A DNA stretch of 64,000 nt from the IMG/VR virus record IMGVR_UViG_3300034073_003276, one strand, 5' to 3'. Below, piece by piece: positions 58,163-64,000 of this stretch. The notes below the pieces were generated by a model. The model made no database searches and was not told where the DNA came from. It was given only the letters and a program-made list of their open reading frames with translations. The DNA comes from a virus. Taxonomy: Duplodnaviria > Caudoviricetes. Position numbers and translations under genes: made by a program. Numbering within the stretch: the stretch's first letter is position 1; every line of letters starts with the position of its first letter.

Positions 58163-58762
58163 TTATTTTACCCAAAAACCTTTTCTTTTATAGTCAACAT
58201 CATCAATATAAGTGCAATCTTGATAAATTTTATTACTATCTTCTTCCCAGACTGGAATTGCCACTGTATTTCCATATCTAAAATCAGGATTTCTACGAAA
58301 TTGTACTTCTATAATGCGCCCATCTATGAATTCGCAATTTATCCATTCATATTTTTTCTTTAAATTCTTTAAAATATCAGGAAATTCTATTTTTCTATTA
58401 ATTTTTTCCCATCGGTCCCACTTATAAATGGGATTCTCTTCATTTCTAACTCCTAATACTGTCATATCATGCTGTTGATTATGATAATCGACACTTAAAT
58501 GCTCACCCTTGAATATCTCACACCAAAATTCAGAGGGGTGTATGTTATCTGTAAACTTTTCTATCCATACTATACGAGCAAAACGACTCATCCCAAACAA
58601 ATTAAAAGATGGGCGAACAATATAAAAGTCGGGTTTAGGAACTGTAGTCCCTGCAGGACCACAAATATAACCTAAACGCCGACTTAGAAATAATTTATTA
58701 TATACCCACAAATCTTCAGGATGTATATGATTCCATTCATCATTACACTCTAGAAGATACAT
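58163..58762 (-). CDS. hypothetical protein, possibly a minimal ATP-grasp fold
   Basis: YIVRP..NL.G, EIFKGEHLSVDY, NCEFIDGRIIEVQFR resemble ATP-grasp motifs (KP, E.I.G.E.SVD, IE.N.R). Confidence 0.5.
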   Translation of the reverse strand: MYLLECNDEWNHIHPEDLWVYNKLFLSRRLGYICGPAGTTVPKPDFYIVRPSFNLFGMSRFARIVWIEKFTDNIHPSEFWCEIFKGEHLSVDYHNQQHDMTVLGVRNEENPIYKWDRWEKINRKIEFPDILKNLKKKYEWINCEFIDGRIIEVQFRRNPDFRYGNTVAIPVWEEDSNKIYQDCTYIDDVDYKRKGFWVK

Positions 58763-58891
58763 CTACTTAAACCCGTATTTTCTACCTGGTTTGAGTTTTC
58801 TCCTTTTCCGTGCTGCTGCCTTTTGGGCATTAGTGCGACAAGTGCCAGTTCTACGGTGCTTGCCTCCTGGTCCATGAGAACTCTTTTTCAT
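58763..58891 (-). CDS. very basic micro-protein, 42 aa (MKKSSHGPGGKHRRTGTCRTNAQKAAARKRRKLKPGRKYGFK); not in the ORF track
   Basis: ATGA overlap with the upstream stop; its stop abuts the next start. Confidence 0.6.
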   Translation of the reverse strand: MKKSSHGPGGKHRRTGTCRTNAQKAAARKRRKLKPGRKYGFK

Positions 58892-59034
58892 CCTTTACCT
58901 TGACCTCTATACTTCTTACGTGCTCCATTACGAGAAGACGAGGCATACTTAGTACCACCTCCATTGCCTTGACGAGACTTCTTAGGAGGTCCCGGAATAT
59001 AAGAACTATTCTTCAGTGATCCGCCTTTTGCCAT
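58888..59034 (-). CDS. very basic micro-protein, 48 aa (MAKGGSLKNSSYIPGPPKKSRQGNGGGTKYASSSRNGARKKYRGQGKG); not in the ORF track
   Basis: GGAG upstream; open frame; coupled to the next ORF. Confidence 0.7.
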   Translation of the reverse strand: MAKGGSLKNSSYIPGPPKKSRQGNGGGTKYASSSRNGARKKYRGQGKG

Positions 59035-59207
59035 AGTTTACTCTCCGTTAAAATTTCAGTTTCAATATCTTCAGGTCGTGGAGAACCTGTCTGATAGAAT
59101 TCTATTGACAAGTCCTCCATTACATTGAAATATTCTTCCTCTGTAAGTCCTGTATATATTCTACGACCCTTACATAGGATATTGTAAGTTTCGTTATCGT
59201 TAGTCAT
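59013..59207 (-). CDS. hypothetical protein, 64 aa (MTNDNETYNILCKGRRIY...)
   Basis: The ATG at 59207 follows the GT stop; the ORF-track 5' extension overlaps the GT gene. Confidence 0.7.
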   Translation of the reverse strand: MTNDNETYNILCKGRRIYTGLTEEEYFNVMEDLSIEFYQTGSPRPEDIETEILTESKLWQKADH

Positions 59208-59208
59208 A

Positions 59209-59967
59209 TCAAATAATCCTTGTTTTTTCGTGTCCAACGCGCACGCGAGGGTCGCACCAAATTTCAAATCCTGCTTCCTTTGCATCCAAACAGAATGATA
59301 CATCTTCTCCACACATATCTTGAACTTGACCAGATTCAAAGACTTGCATCTTAGGGGCAAACCAAGGATACTTGATTTCAGGATGCTCAAATACTCCATT
59401 CTTAATCAGAAGCCAACCGAATCCTGCATAGTCAACTGTAAATGGTTTCCGACGCTTAGAGATGCTTTCAACGGTTTCATGATTCATCACTCCACCATTA
59501 CCTCTGAAATCATCTTCATCCAACCAGTGTGCAACTGAGGTCGTATGACCATCTTCAGTCGCATACCAACCAGAAGCAATGTCTTTGTCCATTAAGACTA
59601 GTTGATAAAACTTTTCAGTATTAAAAACAATGTCAGAGTCAATCCATAGTTGCCAATCATATTTCAATTTGCCATCCCAGGGAATTTGGTCAGGTCCTCG
59701 CAGTACATTCGCACCTAAACATTTGCATCTTGCAAAGTTTACCATTGATGAATAGTCTTGCGAGATTTGAATGCTTGCTCCCGCCTGAACTAAGTCAAAA
59801 CAGAGTTGCACGAAATTCTTCAAGTATGTGTAAGAGACTCCTCTTCCAGGAAGACAAAAGACGACGGACTTACCACGCACCATCTCTTTTGCTAGATTAT
59901 AATCCCATTCTTGTGTAGTTTGTGAGGCAACGGGTGCCTTTGCTTTTACAGTGAATCCTTTTGCCAT
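59209..59967 (-). CDS. GT-A fold (GT2-like) glycosyltransferase
   Basis: VVFCLPG, LWIDSDIVF (DxD), GFGWLLI, MCGEDVSFC, RVGHEK. Confidence 0.78.
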   Translation of the reverse strand: MAKGFTVKAKAPVASQTTQEWDYNLAKEMVRGKSVVFCLPGRGVSYTYLKNFVQLCFDLVQAGASIQISQDYSSMVNFARCKCLGANVLRGPDQIPWDGKLKYDWQLWIDSDIVFNTEKFYQLVLMDKDIASGWYATEDGHTTSVAHWLDEDDFRGNGGVMNHETVESISKRRKPFTVDYAGFGWLLIKNGVFEHPEIKYPWFAPKMQVFESGQVQDMCGEDVSFCLDAKEAGFEIWCDPRVRVGHEKTRII

Positions 59968-59989
59968 GAGATAAGTTGTTTACTTCAGT

Positions 59990-60018
59990 ATCATACAGTA
60001 TTATGTATAGAGTGTCAA
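59990..60018 (-). promoter_or_regulatory. near-consensus sigma70 promoter for the GT operon
   Basis: TTGACA-17 nt (ending TG)-TATGAT. Confidence 0.8.
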
Positions 60019-60191
60019 TCGACTTCCCTTTCGGTTAAGACTACTTCGTCCCCCTCAATCTTAAAGGATATTTCAGTGTCTTCATACCATGAGAGTTCAT
60101 TCATGACTTGCTCTGGGATTGTAATGTAATACTCCCCACTAATTGGATCGACCTCTATGGACTCGAAAATATCTCCGGAATTTTTTTTCAT
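60015..60191 (-). CDS. AbrB/MazE/SpoVT-like small protein, 58 aa
   Basis: GEYYITIPEQVMNELSWYEDTEISFKIEGDEVVL matches the swapped-hairpin pattern; ATG at 60191. Confidence 0.62.
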   Translation of the reverse strand: MKKNSGDIFESIEVDPISGEYYITIPEQVMNELSWYEDTEISFKIEGDEVVLTEREVD

Positions 60192-60401
60192 TTCCTCTAA
60201 ACCTTTTTTCGTTTTTATATAGGGAAAAAAATTTTTATAATCAGTGTGATATATAGATGCCTTTCGTAACACTTTGTAGGTTAGGGGGACCCATCGATTT
60301 ATGAACGGGGGGTAACCTTATAACACGCCGCCCCGCGACGCGGGCAACGGGCGGGGGCGACTGCCAAACACGCACGAATGACTGCCGCCCACGAATATGA
60401 G

Positions 60402-60716
60402 TCAGAAGCGGCAGGCGAGCGGCGAATGACCCACCCGCTCCTGCAGACGGTCACGGGCAGCGGCGATACGGTCGGCGCGATGCTGCTGCTTAGCACGGGC
60501 GATGGCACCGTCAAGGTCGGAGACCATCTGCCGCCCCAGACCCGTCACGCGGGTGATGGTCAGACCCTTACCAGCACCAACGGCATGAGAAGCAGCGGCA
60601 GAGTCTCCGCCACGAACGGCACCGACTGCAGCGCCGCGACCGTGCTGAGAATTGCGGGAGAGGGTTTCACCCTTACGGGGACCCTGGCGGCGGAGACGGG
60701 TGATGGTGACGGTCAT
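60402..60716 (-). CDS. hypothetical early protein, 104 aa
   Basis: Preceded by cassette leader TGCTACAGTAACCAAGCAACCGAAACCAACCG-ATG. Confidence 0.6.
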   Translation of the reverse strand: MTVTITRLRRQGPRKGETLSRNSQHGRGAAVGAVRGGDSAAASHAVGAGKGLTITRVTGLGRQMVSDLDGAIARAKQQHRADRIAAARDRLQERVGHSPLACRF

Positions 60717-60767
60717 CGGTTGGTTTCGGTTGCTTGGTTACTGTAGCACGAATGGGGGGGAGACCCC

Positions 60768-60977
60768 TCACCCCTGCTGACTGACCCACCCGCTGATGGG
60801 GCAGCGGTGAGTGCCACGGTGTGCCTCAGAATAGGCGGCGGCGATGGTGGCAGTGGGCACACCCCAGTGCACGAACTGAGAGGGGCGACCGTCCGCATTC
60901 TTGGCATTGTCAGAGGCGGAGACCCACACGGTCTGACGGTCAGAGAGGCGGGTTGCTTGAGAGAGGGGGAAACGCAT
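60768..60977 (-). CDS. hypothetical early protein, 69 aa
   Basis: Preceded by the TGTAGAAT cassette at 60984-61011. Confidence 0.6.
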   Translation of the reverse strand: MRFPLSQATRLSDRQTVWVSASDNAKNADGRPSQFVHWGVPTATIAAAYSEAHRGTHRCPISGWVSQQG

Positions 60978-61045
60978 CGGTCGTCTGTCGGTTGCTTGAG
61001 AATTCTACAGGATGGAGGGGAGGGGGTCAACCCTCCCCGTAGGGG

Positions 61046-61210
61046 TCACCAGAGCAGGTCGGCAATTGCTTCACGGCGCTGCTGGCGGGATACCAGTTCC
61101 TTGAGGATTGCCCGCTGCTCCTTGGCGGTGGGGTTTCCTTCCCACAGCCACTCCTCCAGTTGGAAGGAGGTCAGGTCGTCGAAGGCGGTGGCGATGGTTC
61201 CGTCCAGCAT
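61046..61210 (-). CDS. hypothetical early protein, 54 aa (MLDGTIATAF...)
   Basis: The ATG at 61210 lies just downstream of the TGTAGAAT element near 61236-61243. Confidence 0.6.
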   Translation of the reverse strand: MLDGTIATAFDDLTSFQLEEWLWEGNPTAKEQRAILKELVSRQQRREAIADLLW

Positions 61211-61260
61211 GAGGTCGGTTGCGGTTTGCTTTGGAATTCTACAGGGTCGGGGTGCCAGGG

Positions 61261-61443
61261 TCAATACCCCAGCCAGACCAGAAACTCCCCAGCATCGACC
61301 CCACCGAAGGCAGAGGTCGTTCCGTAGTCGGTGCGGAAGTCATCCCACAGACCATGCTGCTTGGCAGCGTGTGCCGCTTCGATCCAGTAGATGGTGCCGT
61401 TCTCAGGGTTGGTGATTTCAGCGATGAGGTCGGGGAAGGTCAT
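61261..61443 (-). CDS. hypothetical early protein, 60 aa
   Basis: Directly follows the cassette at 61450-61510. Confidence 0.62.
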   Translation of the reverse strand: MTFPDLIAEITNPENGTIYWIEAAHAAKQHGLWDDFRTDYGTTSAFGGVDAGEFLVWLGY

Positions 61444-61513
61444 CAGGTCTCTGTCGGTTGCTTGAGAATTCTACAGGCAGCAGGGGGCATCGCTGCCCCC
61501 CTTGTGTGCCACC

Positions 61514-61711
61514 TCAGAGTTTGGCAAGGAGGGCGTTGGCGATCTTATCAGCGGCACCCTGCAGGTTGTCGCGGACAATCAGGCGGAGCATCTCAGCGCC
61601 TTCAGGGGTGGCGTGCATCTGCCGAATCATGCTAGGGGTGAAGCAGTCCCAGGTGATCACGCCAGCAGTCTGCAGGAGTTGGGCTTCAGTGTTGGTGATG
61701 GTGTGGGTCAT
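61514..61711 (-). CDS. hypothetical early protein, 65 aa (MTHTITNTEAQ...)
   Basis: ATG at 61711 after the leader GCAACCGACAGAGGACCG. Confidence 0.6.
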   Translation of the reverse strand: MTHTITNTEAQLLQTAGVITWDCFTPSMIRQMHATPEGAEMLRLIVRDNLQGAADKIANALLAKL

Positions 61712-61784
61712 CGGTCCTCTGTCGGTTGCGGTCCCCCTAATATTAGACCCCAGGGGAGGGTCTGCTCCCCCAGGGTGTGCAGTT

Positions 61785-61952
61785 TCAGAATTGAACTTCC
61801 TGCAGGGTCGGGGCGCTGATGGCAGCATAATGGGCAGCGGCGTCAGCGATGTTCTCCTGCTCAATGTCAGAGGTCAGGGTCTCCAGAATCTGGAGGATGC
61901 TGTTGCCGTCGTTGCCAGTGCGGAGCAGGGAGAGTGCCAGGTCGCGGGTCAT
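61785..61952 (-). CDS. hypothetical early protein, 55 aa (MTRDLALSLLRTG...)
   Basis: ATG at 61952; fits the cassette spacing. Confidence 0.58.
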   Translation of the reverse strand: MTRDLALSLLRTGNDGNSILQILETLTSDIEQENIADAAAHYAAISAPTLQEVQF

Positions 61953-62011
61953 CAGAGTTGAAAGGTAAAGGGTTGGCGGAGTCTTTAGGGGCGCTGCCAT
62001 TCCCATGGGGG

Positions 62012-62173
62012 TCAGCGTTCCAGTTGTGCCAGGGAGGAGGGGGCAATGTGAGAGGGCGACCCGCAGGAGCGATAGAAGTCTACCATACGGTCTGCTTCCT
62101 CTTTACTGGTGAACCACTGGGAGCGCCACTCGCAGTGGTTGTAGGGGGTCTGGTAACGGACTTCGAAGCGCAT
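62012..62173 (-). CDS. hypothetical early protein, 53 aa (MRFEVRYQTPYN...)
   Basis: ATG at 62173 after the TGCTACAAT cassette (62182-62209). Confidence 0.65.
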   Translation of the reverse strand: MRFEVRYQTPYNHCEWRSQWFTSKEEADRMVDFYRSCGSPSHIAPSSLAQLER

Positions 62174-62181
62174 GGGGTGTC

Positions 62182-62458
62182 TTGCGTTGTGAGAGTATTG
62201 TAGCAGGTCAGCGGCGGGCAGCGGCCAGCAACAGGTCCAGCAGGACAACTGCCACAACCGCCTTCCAAAATCCCAGGGCGGTGATTCCAAACCACCCCAG
62301 CACCAGCACCAGGAGCCACGCCTTAAGGGCAACGACGCCAGCGACGCCAACGATCAGGATACCTGCCAGAGCCACCAGCTGCGGGGTGCTGAGGTCATCA
62401 ATCCAGGGGAAACGCTTGCTCATGGGTGGGTTGCGTTGTGAGAGTATTGTAGCAGGTC
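62182..62458. repeat. 28-nt perfect direct repeat TTGCGTTGTGAGAGTATTGTAGCAGGTC (copies 62182-62209 and 62431-62458)
   Basis: Identical copies read directly; each contains the extended -10 TGCTACAAT on the minus strand. Confidence 0.9.
62208..62423 (-). CDS. small membrane protein, 71 aa, two predicted TM segments
   Basis: MSKRFPWIDDLSTPQLVALAGILIVGVAGVVALKAWLLVLVLGWFGITALGFWKAVVAVVLLDLLLAAARR. Confidence 0.62.
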   Translation of the reverse strand: MSKRFPWIDDLSTPQLVALAGILIVGVAGVVALKAWLLVLVLGWFGITALGFWKAVVAVVLLDLLLAAARR

Positions 62459-62463
62459 GGGGG

Positions 62464-62658
62464 TCAGTTGGCGAACCATGCCTCATGGGCAAGGTCGGAT
62501 GCCAGTTCCTCCAGGTTGTCTTCGGTCAGTTTGGAACCGTAGAATTCCAGGATCTCAGGGTCCAAGCGATCCAGGTCGCATCCGTAGAGGTCAACTGCCT
62601 GACGCTCTGCCAGTGCCAGCAGGTCATCGTAGAGGCAGAGCAGGCGGTCTTCGGTCAT
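62464..62658 (-). CDS. acidic hypothetical early protein, 64 aa
   Basis: Follows the cassette TGTAGGAT...CCCG-ATG. Confidence 0.62.
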   Translation of the reverse strand: MTEDRLLCLYDDLLALAERQAVDLYGCDLDRLDPEILEFYGSKLTEDNLEELASDLAHEAWFAN

Positions 62659-62725
62659 CGGGTCGTTTGCTGTTGAGAGTATCCTACAGGGTCAGAGGGG
62701 GGTCGCTGCCCCCCTTGTGGACGGT

Positions 62726-62986
62726 TCAGAAATCGAACACGTCACCGTTGATTTCGGGGCGGTTGACCTTAGGGTCTGCCCACTTCACACCGTCAGGGGT
62801 TTCGGTGCTGCCACAAGCATAGAACAGGTCCAACAGTTCTTCATAGCAGCAGACTTCGTGCTCTTGAATGTAGTCTTGAATGCTTTCGTCATTCTCAATC
62901 CAGAGCACAACATTCCAGGTTTCGTAGTTAGTCCAACCGTTATAGGTGCGGTCGGTCAGGTTGGTCTGGTAGGTTGCGGTTGCCAT
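62726..62986 (-). CDS. hypothetical early protein, 86 aa, with YNGWTNYETWNV motif
   Basis: ATG at 62986 after the TATACT cassette; the motif is recalled from other phage small proteins. Confidence 0.65.
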   Translation of the reverse strand: MATATYQTNLTDRTYNGWTNYETWNVVLWIENDESIQDYIQEHEVCCYEELLDLFYACGSTETPDGVKWADPKVNRPEINGDVFDF

Positions 62987-63032
62987 TGGGTTGTCTGTGG
63001 TTGACTGAATCAGTATAGAGGCAGGGAGGGGG

Positions 63033-63191
63033 TCACCAGCGCCCTTGTGTGTCACTTGCCCAACCGTCACGCCAGGCAGCGCGGGCATCATAATCCTCGG
63101 CGCTCATCAGGTCATCATGCTCCCGCTCATCGTCGCCGTAGCGATCGTGGATGCCGTAGGAGTCGCCGTAGGCAAAGGAGGTCGTGATCAT
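63033..63191 (-). CDS. acidic hypothetical early protein, 52 aa (MITTSFAYGDSYGIHDRYGDDERE...); not in the ORF track
   Basis: ATG at 63191 after the TAGAAT cassette; open to the TGA at 63033. Confidence 0.5.
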   Translation of the reverse strand: MITTSFAYGDSYGIHDRYGDDEREHDDLMSAEDYDARAAWRDGWASDTQGRW

Positions 63192-63267
63192 CGGGTTGTT
63201 TGAACTGAGGTCATTCTAAGGGCAGGAGGGGCAGAAGGGGGGTGCCGAGTGGACACCCCGCCGATTG

Positions 63268-63909
63268 TCACATTGCCTCAGGAAGAAAATGATAATACTT
63301 TTGTGCCTTATGTTTTACACCGTAAAGAATATCAAGGCAGAGCAATTCATTCAGACAAACATTCAAGTTAGCATAACTGTCATTCTTTCCACTACCAGCA
63401 CGCCAACCACTGTTAGGATTAAAGAAACGATCGCAATTGACCAGTGCCGCAGCATATTCAGTCAGTTGATTATCATCACCCATCACATATTTGATGGACC
63501 ATACCAGCGGAGACTTCTTACCGATAGAGTTACCATCCTCATCTTTAAGGGCGCTGATTTTATTGCCAGTTGCAAAACTTGCTTTCATGCTATCAGTGCC
63601 TGCAATGAGTTTGAATTCAACTTTGTACTCAACTCCATCGACAATGAAGATATAATCATATCCATCTTCACCGACTTGCTTACCATTAACTCCCATTTCT
63701 TTCATCACTTCTTTGATGCAATAATTCACCAGATTCTGAAGAAGTTTTGTAAGAGTTTGGTTGATTTGCTTATCATCAACAAAAAGATCTTTCAGGGGAA
63801 TGTAGATACCCCAAATGCCAAGTTTCAGGCGCTCATTAACTTTAACAATTGCCTGAGCAGAGATAGTCTGCAGCAGGGGGGAGAGAGTGTGATGAAATTC
63901 GCGGGTCAT
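63268..63909 (-). CDS. putative PD-(D/E)xK (restriction endonuclease-like) nuclease, 213 aa
   Basis: GEDGYDYIFIVDGVEYKVEFKL fits D-x(10-14)-E-x-K; lower GC than the flanking cassettes; has its own promoter cassette. Confidence 0.55.
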   Translation of the reverse strand: MTREFHHTLSPLLQTISAQAIVKVNERLKLGIWGIYIPLKDLFVDDKQINQTLTKLLQNLVNYCIKEVMKEMGVNGKQVGEDGYDYIFIVDGVEYKVEFKLIAGTDSMKASFATGNKISALKDEDGNSIGKKSPLVWSIKYVMGDDNQLTEYAAALVNCDRFFNPNSGWRAGSGKNDSYANLNVCLNELLCLDILYGVKHKAQKYYHFLPEAM

Positions 63910-64000
63910 CTTAATTCTTTGGTGAGGGGGGTGCTTTGCCCCCCGTTGAAACTACTATAAGGCAACTCAGGACCCCTGCTAGGGGGTGTGTGTAGGTTGT

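Larger units (their letters stand above)
60984..61477. repeat. 28-nt perfect direct repeat TCTGTCGGTTGCTTGAGAATTCTACAGG (copies 60984-61011 and 61450-61477)
   Basis: Identical copies read directly; each contains TG-TAGAAT on the minus strand; partial third copy near 61718-61728. Confidence 0.9.

Noticed and set aside
60260-60420. tRNA or other recognisable structured RNA gene
   Set aside because: No cloverleaf, T-loop GTTC or 3' CCA pattern was found here or in the other intergenic gaps examined.
60984-62458. 28-nt direct repeats as a CRISPR or mini-CRISPR array
   Set aside because: There are only two copies of each of two different repeats, the intervening segments are 220-440 nt protein-coding genes, the repeats contain -10 promoter motifs, and no cas genes are present.
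60378-63004. Numerous long plus-strand and alternative-frame ORFs in the GC-rich region (e.g. 60807-61415, 61219-61635, 61458-61961, 62182-62676)
   Set aside because: High GC lowers stop frequency. They cross the cassette boundaries and oppose the orientation of all promoter elements.
63265-63960. 231-aa plus-strand ORF
   Set aside because: It is the antisense shadow of the 213-aa minus-strand gene, which has the promoter cassette and a recognisable motif; the plus-strand product has no motif.

Overview
This 64-kb window is part of a T4-like myovirus genome, most likely a cyanophage (Kyanoviridae-like; the host is inferred from gene content and order, not proven). Essentially all genes lie on the minus strand. 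From 1 to about 15.6 kb are replication and recombination genes (Dam-type MTase, g44, g45, g46, g47, g55, uvsW, uvsY), a MoxR/CobS-like AAA+ ATPase with a metallopeptidase-VWA partner, and an HNH homing endonuclease. From 15.6 to 57.5 kb is the virion module (g3, 23, 22, 21, 20, 19, 18, 17, 16, 15, 14, 13, a DUF4815-like protein, g8, a 3921-aa g7-like protein, g6, g25). From 57.5 to 60.2 kb is an accessory cluster (SpeD-like decarboxylase, ATP-grasp-like protein, two very basic micro-ORFs, GT-A glycosyltransferase, AbrB-like protein). From 60.3 to 64 kb is a GC-rich array of tiny genes, each with its own stem-loop plus extended -10 promoter cassette. The most interesting signals are: (i) late-expressed modular proteins carrying T4 internal-protein capsid-targeting-like sequences (MKTFQEFMIE, MKSFKQFISE) and repeated gp21-type phi-x-E sites, suggesting packaged, protease-processed polyprotein cargo; (ii) a G-phi-x-T motif scattered through the virion proteins, a candidate glycosylation signal; (iii) the repeat-bounded promoter cassette array, which includes an AT-richer PD-(D/E)xK nuclease gene; (iv) an RBS-sequestering hairpin with a late promoter in its loop in front of the HNH gene; (v) an unannotated NblA-like 55-aa ORF. 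No database searches were run. Family calls rest on recognised motifs and T4-like synteny, and GC values are visual estimates.
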